A stretch of DNA of 63,680 nucleotides, filler included, from Salisapilia sapeloensis CBS 127946 (taxonomy: Eukaryota > Protista > Oomycota): assembly GCA_023334545.1 (NCBI GenBank). It is 14 parts of 14 records of this genome, joined end to end, with 100 filler letters (N's around TTAATTAATTAA, not from the genome) between each part and the next. Parts side by side here need not be neighbours in the genome. Positions count along the whole stretch, not along the records: positions 19,498 to 44,828 come from JAADVB010000252.1; 13 more parts are not named here. One strand, written 5' to 3'. Below, piece after piece: positions 19,704 through 28,946 of the stretch. Made by a program: the position numbers and the translations under genes. Position 1 is the stretch's first letter; every line of letters begins with the position of its first letter. The notes beneath the pieces were generated by a model that saw only the letters and a program-made list of their open reading frames with translations, had not been told where the DNA came from and ran no database searches.

Positions 19704-22499
19704 CTAGACAATGAGCCTCGCAGTGCTGCTGTCACTTTCGTTTGGCTCCTTCGTTTCCTCCTCTTTATCCTGTGTCCAGACACTACCGTAGTCACTGCTG
19801 GCTTTGCTCTCCTCCCCATCGTTCTGTTGCTTGCGTAAAAGCATCTGCCTCCGACTTCTCTTCCTTAACGCCGGCTCGCGATACAAGTCGCTCTCTTCCG
19901 CCTTGGACAAGGGTGGGAACATCATCATCTTGGTCGAGTCGCCACCATCTTCAGGCGAGTTCTCCGGCTCTTTCTTCGGATCGCTATCGGCTGGACTGCC
20001 GAGTGTGCCCATCGCCGTCGGTATTCTTGCCGTCTGCTCTCTCGCTCGCTCCTTGTCGTTCACGTACTTCCACAGCGTGATGATGTAGGTGACCATCAGC
20101 AGGACGAGTACCGAGGTGGACTGCATCTTGGTGCCTCTTGTGAGGAGGAAGCCGGCCATGGCCATTTGGTAGATGAGCAGACTAATCATTGTCGCATGCG
20201 TCGCCGTGCGAGCAATGCTACCTCTACCTCGTATCTTGGGTCGGACGTGGAGGAGACTGTACTTGTCCACAGCATGCTGCATGCCAAAGTAGAGCGCACC
20301 GATGGGCAGGATGACCGGCACGACAGTACTAAAGGTGAGGACGACCGTCAGGATGCTGATCTGGATGGCCATCTGCGTGCCAGTGAAGAACCTCCATCCT
20401 TCAACACTTTCCAAGTGCTCCTGCTGCGTCAGCGCCCTCGGTTTCATCCAAGCGAACTGGAAGAGCTCGCTGAGTCGAAGCAGATGGACGCTTACGCCTA
20501 GGAAAGCTCTCTGGAGCACGTAGTTGACGTAAAAGATACCAGAGTTGTGGAGGAAGAGCGTGCCGAGGACGCCAAGCACCTCTCCATTCTCACGCTGGAG
20601 ATAGAGGAGGACGGCGTCGATGGAGACGAAGGCGAGGGACGGAACGAAGAGAGTGTTAAAGATCAAGTAGACGACAGAGGCGCGGAGGATCATGCGCTCT
20701 TTGGCCGAGTCCGACGACACTGGCTGGATGCGACCTGCCATCTGCAGGACGTTCAAGAGCACTGCGTTAATAACAACGAGGATGAGCGTCGGGAAGTAGC
20801 TGGCCATCATGTGTGCCATCCAGGGAGACACGGTCTGTAGCCACGCACTAACCTCAGCTACCACTTTCGAGAGAGACCTCGCGGCAGTGGTGCTGTAGCC
20901 CTTGCTGCTGGACACGGCGGACGTGACGGCCACGGGAGATGTGAAGAGGAAGAGCATGACGACGATGGCGATGTTGATGACAAAGACCAGGATCGTACGT
21001 TTGACAAAGGGCACGCTGACGCTGCTCCAGTCGACATCATCCGGCTCTGGCGCCATGCTCATGTGCCATCGGGTGATGCCCAACTCGCGCACGTGGCGCT
21101 TGAGCCTCGGAAGTTTATCGTCCGGGAAGCGACCGATGCCCAGGATCGCTGTGATAGACTTGTTCTGGACTCGACGCACGAACCTCGCTCGAAGTTTGGC
21201 AGATGTGAAGACTAGAAAGGCTCGACCGGCGCCTTGGTTGTCCCGCAGGTGCTTTCGAAGACACTTGTCTTCCTTACTCTGCAACTTCTTGATGGTCGTC
21301 TTAAGCTTTTGTTCCCTCTCGCTGAAGCGACGAGGACTCTTGAGCTCACTATAGGGACGAGTGCAGAGGTAGTGGAGCTTTGGGATGGTCATGGTACCAG
21401 GCAAGAGTCTTAGAGACCACGAGATCGGCTCGTTATGCAGGAGTTTCCAGTGTAGAATACGTTCCCTTTCCAATAAATTTGAGTTCTCCTCCTTCTGGCA
21501 CTGGTACTTGTGAAAGTCGGATAGGTGGAGGACGACGCATGCATCTTCCACGTATCCTGGGAAGACCTCTTCCAGGAGATGGACCAGACGCTCCTCTCGG
21601 AGTTTCTTCGGAAGACCACGGTGGATGAACAACGACCGACTGGATAGTTCACTCGGCTGCATGCCGACGAGTCGGATGCGAGATGTGAGGACGCTCGGAG
21701 CCGCCACATCTTCTGTTGTCGCCTTTGACATGTCCGACGCGACGGATGCAGCGCCAGAGCTGGTCGTTCGAGGCGTGCAGGAAAGTAGACTGAGTTTCTG
21801 GTAGACGAAGAGGAACGCTCCGGAGAAAACGTAGACGGTGACGACAGGCGCCCAGAGGTAGGAGGAGCCGACGGGGAGAGACCGCATGGTCGTGTGTGCG
21901 AAGGACCACCACTTTTCTCCCTCTCCATTGTTCATGATATCGTCCTGGAGTTCATCTGTGGCATTGGACACGAGCTCTAGCTCCATTGAAGTAAAATAGT
22001 TGCTGGTAGTAGCATTGGTATTGTCATTGTCTCCAAAGACATCCAAGTGGACACCAACGTAGAGCGGAAGGAGGATGAGGAGAGCGTAGACACTGAGAGC
22101 AGCTAGCAACTTGCAAGCGTAGACTTCGTAGACGAGGTAGAATGTGCCTTCTGGACCAAGCCTCTTCTCGACTTCGGCATCGTGCAGTGGCGTGTGGAAA
22201 AGTAGGGAGATCCAACTCCGTAGTGTGAACGGTTCTGGACGACCAATCGGTCCGGATTGCACCCGCTGCTCGCCTGAATGGAAGCCAAAGAGCTGGTAGC
22301 GACTACTACGCGCCCATTTCTGGAAGACAAAGAAGGCGAAGAGGAAGACGCATGCGTTAAAGAATAGGACGAAACCGGTGCCTTGCCAGCCTTGCGCAGC
22401 TTCCCTCGACACGGTCTCGTTGTAGTCGACGCGCCATATACCCCCCGGATCCCTGTCGTCACTAGCAGAGTCGGGTAGGATAGCCTGGCCAGCGTCCAT
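19704..22499 (-). CDS. OSCA/CSC1 (DUF221/RSN1-type) calcium-permeable stress-gated channel, intronless, 931 aa
   Basis: RLGPEGTFYL, GRAFLVF, APEPDDVDW, FSTVVPVILPIGALYF..HAVDKY; about 11 TM segments. Confidence 0.93.
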   Translation of the reverse strand: MDAGQAILPDSASDDRDPGGIWRVDYNETVSREAAQGWQGTGFVLFFNACVFLFAFFVFQKWARSSRYQLFGFHSGEQRVQSGPIGRPEPFTLRSWISLLFHTPLHDAEVEKRLGPEGTFYLVYEVYACKLLAALSVYALLILLPLYVGVHLDVFGDNDNTNATTSNYFTSMELELVSNATDELQDDIMNNGEGEKWWSFAHTTMRSLPVGSSYLWAPVVTVYVFSGAFLFVYQKLSLLSCTPRTTSSGAASVASDMSKATTEDVAAPSVLTSRIRLVGMQPSELSSRSLFIHRGLPKKLREERLVHLLEEVFPGYVEDACVVLHLSDFHKYQCQKEENSNLLERERILHWKLLHNEPISWSLRLLPGTMTIPKLHYLCTRPYSELKSPRRFSEREQKLKTTIKKLQSKEDKCLRKHLRDNQGAGRAFLVFTSAKLRARFVRRVQNKSITAILGIGRFPDDKLPRLKRHVRELGITRWHMSMAPEPDDVDWSSVSVPFVKRTILVFVINIAIVVMLFLFTSPVAVTSAVSSSKGYSTTAARSLSKVVAEVSAWLQTVSPWMAHMMASYFPTLILVVINAVLLNVLQMAGRIQPVSSDSAKERMILRASVVYLIFNTLFVPSLAFVSIDAVLLYLQRENGEVLGVLGTLFLHNSGIFYVNYVLQRAFLGVSVHLLRLSELFQFAWMKPRALTQQEHLESVEGWRFFTGTQMAIQISILTVVLTFSTVVPVILPIGALYFGMQHAVDKYSLLHVRPKIRGRGSIARTATHATMISLLIYQMAMAGFLLTRGTKMQSTSVLVLLMVTYIITLWKYVNDKERAREQTARIPTAMGTLGSPADSDPKKEPENSPEDGGDSTKMMMFPPLSKAEESDLYREPALRKRSRRQMLLRKQQNDGEESKASSDYGSVWTQDKEEETKEPNESDSSTARLIV

Positions 22500-22534
22500 G
22501 GCAAAAAAAAGTTCTTGCTAGCTGTTAGCGTCGT

Positions 22535-22690
22535 AGAGATAGCGGTAGCTTCTTTTGTCTGGGTAGCCGCGTAGGAGATAGCAGCGGCTTTCTTTTCCTC
22601 GGTGGCCTCGTCGGAGATAGCAGTGGCTTCCTTTTCCTAAGTGACCTCGTCGGAGATAGCAATGGCTGTCTCTGCCTTGGTAGCGTTTTA
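22535..22690. repeat. 39-bp minisatellite, 4 degenerate copies, between the OSCA and MinC start codons
   Basis: (A/G)GAGATAGC anchors at 22535, 22574, 22613 and 22652 (exact 39-nt period). Confidence 0.9.
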
Positions 22691-22709
22691 CCGAAGCGGC
22701 GTGTCAAGT

Positions 22710-22741
22710 AGCCAATCAGTATTATTGAACTAGCCAATGAG
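22710..22741 (+). promoter_or_regulatory. Two CCAAT boxes in the OSCA/MinC divergent promoter
   Basis: AGCCAATCAG (22710-22719) and AGCCAATGAG (22732-22741), 65-100 nt upstream of the MinC ATG. Confidence 0.55.
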
Positions 22742-22806
22742 AGTCATCCAATTGATCCTAAGTTTTGTATGTGGCGAATCTGAGTCAATTCTTATTCGTG
22801 TGGGAG

Positions 22807-23760
22807 ATGAAAAGCATGAAGAGATCGACGTTGCTGCTACGACGAGGATTTGCACATGAAGCACTGTCTTCATCGTCCAGTGTCAACGTCGGGAGGAAGT
22901 CGGCTGACATGACAGGCAGATCCTACCTCTTGCCGACGTGGACGGTCACAAGAGATGGCGAGAACGGCATGAGCAACTTGATACCAGGACGAAGAAATGG
23001 TAGCGCGACGCCGATCGTACTAGATATGCTTCATGTTTCCAGTGATGGTATGATTTTCTATACTAGAACATCAGAGTTCTTTGGTTTAAAAGTATACTCA
23101 GGCTCTCCCCACGCGATACCATTGAAGAAGAACGAACTCCGTGCTGAAATTGATAAATTACAGGTAGCTCTTGACGTATTCAATTCCATTCCTACGATAC
23201 CAAGTAAATAATAGGCTGCTGGATTCCTTCCAGTGGGTATCACAAACGCGAGCGACGACATCAAGCGGATGGCGCTCTCCCTCCACCTCCCTTCATTCAT
23301 CCACACCAGAGCGCAAGCCTCTGACGACACGCAGACGCTCGAACAGTACTCCGCTGCCCCTTCTGAAACGATTCAAGAGCAGAGTGAAAGTGCTCGTGCC
23401 GAGCCTCCACTCGTCCTCTCAACCTCCGTTCGCTCGGGACAACAGATTTTTGCTCAAAATCGATCTCTCGTCGTACTGGGAAACGTCAGTTCCGGTGCTG
23501 AGGTCATGGCAGACGGAGACATTGTCGTTCTAGGCGCCTTGAAAGGAAGGGCATTGGCTGGGTTAAGAGGAGACGCAAGCGCTCGTGTCTTTTGCCAAAA
23601 GTTCGATGGCGAACTGGTGTCCATCGCCCATCACTTTACGACGTGTGAGACCGAGATGGATGGGACCAAGGTGGACGACGACGAACTCGTTCGGAACAAA
23701 CCGACGGAGATCGCTCTACAAAATGAGCAACTGGTCTTTCGGTCGACGAAAGATGCATGA
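22807..23760 (+). CDS. minC: Septum site-determining protein MinC homolog, nucleus-encoded, 3 exons, probable mitochondrial presequence
   Basis: SVRSGQQIFA...SLVVLGNVSSGAEVMADGDIVVLGALKGRALAG...ARVFC...ELVSIA is the MinC C-terminal beta-helix; GT-AG introns at 23048-23101 and 23164-23214 restore the frame; N-terminus MKRSTLLLRRGFA is R/S-rich. Confidence 0.92.
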
Positions 23761-23801
23761 ATACAACTTGTTCTTGTATTAAATAAATGTCGTTTCAAAT
23801 G

Positions 23802-24200
23802 TTATGGCGAGAGAGGAATACATCTCTGTATCTGCTTCATGTACTGGTACGAGGTATCGCAGTCGAGGCTGCAGAACGAGTCGGAGCAAGTGCCGAGCTG
23901 CCGAAAGTAGACGCGACTGCAGTTGTGGCATCTCCGCTGGAGTTCCTGCTGGAGTTTAGACATTCGTCTGGCATCGGCACTCGACTGCGCACTGGAATTA
24001 CCGTGGATGTCCAGACTGTCAGAGTGCTTACGCTCACGAACGTACTCTTCCGCCGGATCTTCTTTTTGCTGTGCTTGCGCTTGCTGAATGCAGGTGACCG
24101 CTCGCGAAGGGCGGTACGTCCATCGGTAGAGTAGCTGAATGAGCCACAAGGAAACGCTTGAGGTGCTCGTGTGCTTTGTGTCGTGACTCGGACCGGTCAT
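23802..24200 (-). CDS. Small hypothetical protein with a C-terminal FCS/FLZ-like zinc finger
   Basis: RCHNCSRVYFRQLGTCSDSFCSLDC (CX2C...FCSxDC); convergent with MinC, 41 bp gap. Confidence 0.6.
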   Translation of the reverse strand: MTGPSHDTKHTSTSSVSLWLIQLLYRWTYRPSRAVTCIQQAQAQQKEDPAEEYVRERKHSDSLDIHGNSSAQSSADARRMSKLQQELQRRCHNCSRVYFRQLGTCSDSFCSLDCDTSYQYMKQIQRCIPLSP

Positions 24201-24571
24201 GTGTGTACCTCACTGTCAATCGGATTGTGAATGCAATTGGGGAGGGAGAAAGGCAGTGGCATTGTTCTCGCTAACTCAGATTTCGCGTAGTTGGACGTGT
24301 ACAAAAACGTCCAGTAAGATTACGCTCAGTTTGATGTGGACAGACTATTGGTCGCAATTATATGCTGCAGAACCGGAAGCGGCACCAGTTGTTGAAGTGT
24401 AAACTGCAGTCGCTCATGAGTGAAGGAGACCCAAGTGTAGCCGTATACAAGGATGACCTTCATTTACGCGAGGAAGAGTTTTGAACGTACCCAACCGCAA
24501 TGGGCACTTGCCGTTGGAAGTACCCTTCGCATGGGTTTCAGAGCATAGAGAACCTCCCGAGCAGTTTCATT

Positions 24572-24811
24572 CTACGAAACATTTTCACATGCAATATGAG
24601 GTGATGGCGACGTGGTAACTCGCAACACATGTTCACAGGTAAACGAGTCCACGCGTCCATGTTTACTGACAGTGATATTAAAAGCAAGCATTCTCACAGA
24701 CCCAATAACTGCGCCGTTGAAGACGGATTCTGACGCTCCTGCATCGGATCGGCATACCAGACCAGAGATGGCGATTGCCAGGAACACAGTGACAAGATAT
24801 GCAAAGCGCAT
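24572..24811 (-). CDS. Possible small secreted protein or its first exon
   Basis: MRFAYLVTVFLAIAISGLVCRSDA looks like a signal peptide; downstream structure unresolved. Confidence 0.35.
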   Translation of the reverse strand: MRFAYLVTVFLAIAISGLVCRSDAGASESVFNGAVIGSVRMLAFNITVSKHGRVDSFTCEHVLRVTTSPSPHIACENVS

Positions 24812-25629
24812 GGTTGTGCTATTGTTCCTTCGTGTTGCAAATCTTGATCAGTTCTTGGTAGTAGCTGTTGTCGCCTCGACAATGGCGCTAATTTTGAGGT
24901 CAGCAAGCCACCCAGGTGATTGTGGGTACAAATCAAGTGCAACTGTGCTCATCTTTTGCAAGTAGTACAATTCACGATATCATCTCTACTACCAAGCTTT
25001 GTATTCACGTATCCATAAGATATTTTAATCAGAAGAAAGTCGTCCTGCGCGTATTGCCATTGGATGCATCTTCATGATCACATGCGGTCCTTTGCTCGTG
25101 CTGCTGTTTCATAGTTGCCGATTGTCGAGCACAGTGACTGTGCGGAACTGTGCTGACATGTTTGTGTAGGTTCAACCACCTTCCTGATTCCGACGAAAAC
25201 GAAAAGGTCGGTGCTGATACATTCTTCTATTTCTTACCATCCCTGGCCTCCGCAAGATCAGTGGTTGCATTTGTGCTTTCCTTTTCTATACCTGCTGAAC
25301 GCAAGACCATGATTGACTGTGAAACTTGGTGGCTTTACCAGTAACGTCTAGGCAAGATCTGCAGTAGCAATTGCCATCTCGTTCGAGAAACTTACCGCGT
25401 CGTGGTCTACTCTATATTCACGATATAGATGTGAGCCTGTATACAGTCTGTCACTACTACAACTGCATATCTTGGAACATGGGAAGATACATGCTGTCGT
25501 AGCTGTCGAGATTTTGGGATAAACCACCGAAAAGCGCTTCAAGATCCTTAGCAAATCGTACCAGTATCGTACCGTATCGACTGCCGACTCCGTGTCCACA
25601 AAACTGAAAGAAAGCTTTAGAAGATAATC

Positions 25630-26598
25630 ATGCTACGTTCATTATTCCGTCGCGTTGCGCCTGTGTCTGCTGCATCTCTGTCGCTCTTGGCAACCTCGAG
25701 CATTGCCAGTCTAGAAGGTACTGCCGAATCGGCGGATGCAGAGACGCAGGCTTCGTCCGAATCGACGCCGGTCAACCTCGCAGACCAACCTCGGGAATTC
25801 CTCGGAGTCTTCGTGGAGAAGAAGGCTGCGGAGAAACTTCGCGAGCGATTCCCGGCCAAGTTCCCGACCAACTCGGACGATGCGTTGTTCGTGGTGCTCA
25901 AGTACCAGCCGAGTGAAGAAGAAGTGGATGCCTTTGCGCCTTTGTTCGGACTGCAGGCCAAGTTGACCGTCAAAGGGTATGCGGAAGATGACACGTCCCA
26001 GGCTTTGCTGGTGGATGTCACGACTTCGTCGGGTGACCCGATCATGTCCACTTCGGACGGTCAAGTGCTCCCACACATCCTCCTGTCATCGTTGCACGGC
26101 ACAAGTGGCTTGAACTCTTCTCTGTCCCACGTCCTGGTCGAACGGTTGGGTGCTCAGGACCCAGAGTCTAAGGAAGAGAACGCAGAGAACACGTGGGAAG
26201 GCAAACTGCCGGTGTTCAATTCGCAATTGATGCCGCTCTTCAACCCGTTCCCAGCGACGAACGCCAAGCTGGTGAATTTGAAGGACGAAGAGCAGTTGGA
26301 CGGAACCGTCTGCGTCTCTTCCACGTACGAGAGCGACACAGAGCGATGTGGCAGCACGCAGTCCGAGTGCGGCTTTTGCAAGTTCATGAAGGCTGGTCCG
26401 TGTGGCGAAGCGTTCATGCGATGGGAGGCTTGTCTAGACCGTAGTAAGGCGCAGGGCAAGGACTTTATCGACCACTGCGGTAGTCAGACGCTCGGTCTTC
26501 GCGACTGTGTGGATAACAACCCGGAGTATTATCACGTCTTGACGGAGGACCGTGAAGAGGAGAAAGAGGAAGACAAGGAGGTAGAGAAAGAGGAATAG
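25630..26598 (+). CDS. Probable mitochondrial protein: presequence + 2H-like domain + GCK/Mia40-like CxxC twin-CX9C domain
   Basis: MLRSLFRRVAP presequence; LTVKGYAEDD..QALLV...PHILLS; CGFC-x7-C-x9-C-x14-C-x9-C...PEYY; acidic tail. Confidence 0.85.
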   Translation: MLRSLFRRVAPVSAASLSLLATSSIASLEGTAESADAETQASSESTPVNLADQPREFLGVFVEKKAAEKLRERFPAKFPTNSDDALFVVLKYQPSEEEVDAFAPLFGLQAKLTVKGYAEDDTSQALLVDVTTSSGDPIMSTSDGQVLPHILLSSLHGTSGLNSSLSHVLVERLGAQDPESKEENAENTWEGKLPVFNSQLMPLFNPFPATNAKLVNLKDEEQLDGTVCVSSTYESDTERCGSTQSECGFCKFMKAGPCGEAFMRWEACLDRSKAQGKDFIDHCGSQTLGLRDCVDNNPEYYHVLTEDREEEKEEDKEVEKEE

Positions 26599-26612
26599 AG
26601 AGAACGATTGGT

Positions 26613-28433
26613 TTAATTGGACTTTAGGGACGAGAGAAAGTCGTGGACGGACGACAGCGTCTGCGTCAGCTGCGTCAGTTTGGCAGACACGTCGGTCGAT
26701 CCGGACTGTTCCAGCTTGTCGTACGTTTCCAGTAGAGACGAGAGGTCTGTGTTGATTCGCTGGAGCTTTCGACACTTGGCTTCAGATGCTTCTACCTGAC
26801 GCCGACTAGTCGACAGCTCTTGCTGGCAAGACTCGAGACTCGACTGGAGTTCACTCGCCTGACTTTTGAGTTTCGTGTTCTCTTCTCTCATCTCGTTCTG
26901 GCGAGCACTGGTGGAAGTCAGTTGCTCCTGTAGCTGTCGTAGAGTCTTTTGGTTGAGAGTGTAGAGCTTGATGATTGCTGCGGACGGATGGTCGAACAGC
27001 TCGTCCGCACTTACAGTGCCTACTCTCGGATGTTAGTCAGAAGGAGGATAGATATAATCGTAATAACGAACTGTCGGGGGATCGGACGATGCGCTCAAAG
27101 TAGGCAATGAGGTCTTCTTGTACTCCATCAGCAGGCAGCGATGGCTATACATACGATTAAGAGTGCGTCTTGTAGCAATTGTAGAAGGATAGTACTGGTT
27201 GGACAGACAAAGGCTTGGCTTGGCTCTGTTCTAGCTTGAGCTTGAGCTGTCGGATCTGCTCTTCCAGCACGGCTTTGCTCTTGGACGTGTCTCGCATCAT
27301 ATGGACCTAGGTCAGTTGTGAGAATAGAAATAGAGACACTTCTCTAGAGAAAGTACTTGTTGCTGTAGCTTGCGTTCCGATGCTTCCAGTTCTTGAACAC
27401 GAGCGTTTAGATCTCGGACGCTCCTGGCGTTTTCGATCGTCTCCTCTGCACTGTCGATTCGGAAGTTGGCTTCCTCTACCTCCATCTCCTTTTCTTCCAA
27501 CTGCGACTCGAGGTACTTGACGCGTGCTGCTAGTTCACTTTCCTGTTTCTTCGCGTTAAAAGTCTGGAAGTATGTATAGCTTTCCCTAGAGGTTGCTACG
27601 TACATTGTCCGAGTCCGACCCTTCCTGCTCTTCCGTTAGTCCTTCTTCCAGCTCTTTAATCTACTCGATCCACCTGTCAGACTTGATAAAGCTGTTTTGA
27701 TAGAAACACGTACTTTGTGTTGGAGCTCATCGACCGTCACTTTGGACTGACGCTCTGCGTCGATAGCCTTCATCTGCCACTCTCTTACGCTCGCTTCACA
27801 CGTTTCCAACTTGAATCTGAGTTCGATGACTTCAGACTGCAGCTTCTTCTTCTCCGCACTGCTTTCGTTTAAGTAAGTCTTGTATCGCTTCTCAACAGTT
27901 TCTTCCTCTGCGACTGCCTGCTTCAGCTGACGTCGCATTTGATCCAGCTTTATATCCCGTTCCTATACGCATGCATAAGGAAATCTGCTGCTACATTTAT
28001 GATGAACGAGTGTACGTTAAGAGCATGCTGATGGCTTTCTGACTTGGACTGCATCTGGATCTTTAAAGCCTCAACTTCTTTTTCTAGGAAAGAGCTCTAA
28101 AAGACAAGCGCGTTAGTTCTGTACGGGTAATAAATGAATGAATAGCTGTTCATACTTTGGATGCTGCTTCGCACTCAATTTCTAGTCGCCGCCGCTTGCG
28201 ACGTCGTGGGTCATCCTCGTCATTATCGGACTGCACTGTGGATTGTACATGTTTAGAGATAAAAGTCTTTCCAATATGCGAATGCTCGAGTGAATGACAG
28301 TACACTTTTTGTTAGCGGCCTGGAGTTCTTCCACTTGCTTCTCCAGCTGCCGTACGTAGACAGGAGATGGTGGTGTACTCTTAATAAGCCCCTTGCTGCT
28401 GCTCGGGTGCATCCTCCACTTGGCAACGTACAT
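26613..28433 (-). CDS. Multi-exon coiled-coil protein, function unknown; start uncertain
   Basis: Several E/K/Q/L heptad-rich ORF blocks separated by GT-AG introns; stop at 26613-26615. Confidence 0.7.
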
Positions 28434-28946
28434 ACTAGACCTGCTTTTGATGGATCATAATAAACATGGTTTGTTAGAGCTCATCTCTAGAAATAAAAGT
28501 GTATACGTTTGCATAGACTTACCTGGTATAGGTTTTGGGAAACAGAGCGGATAACGATGAGAAGAAGAGGTCTACGTTAGTAGAAAGTGGCGCTGATAGA
28601 CACGGTCGAGGGGCTCTGTGATTTCGTGTCTCGGTTCGTTGTCAGTGTGGAAAATAGTATACGGTCTAAATAAGACGTGCATATACTATGTTGACTCCTG
28701 TATTAAAGTGGAATGTGCCAATACTTCAACGTGCTGTGTTGTCTTCATCCAGTAGATAGGATCATAGCTACATGTAAAATGCTTCTCCTTCCTAATCAAC
28801 TATAAGCATATTGGCTTGGATGTATGTTGTATTCTCATTGATTAGGAATGAACAGCAAGTCGTGTGATCCCTATGAAAAGCACCTCTTTCATCTCCCTAT
28901 CGCCATTCCATCGATTCTTGTTCGTCTACAGACGAAAACAATCTCA

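Noticed and set aside
22807-23760. MinC as bacterial contamination or a recent HGT island
   Set aside because: It has two frame-restoring GT-AG introns, a presequence-like N-terminus and eukaryotic neighbours on the same contig.
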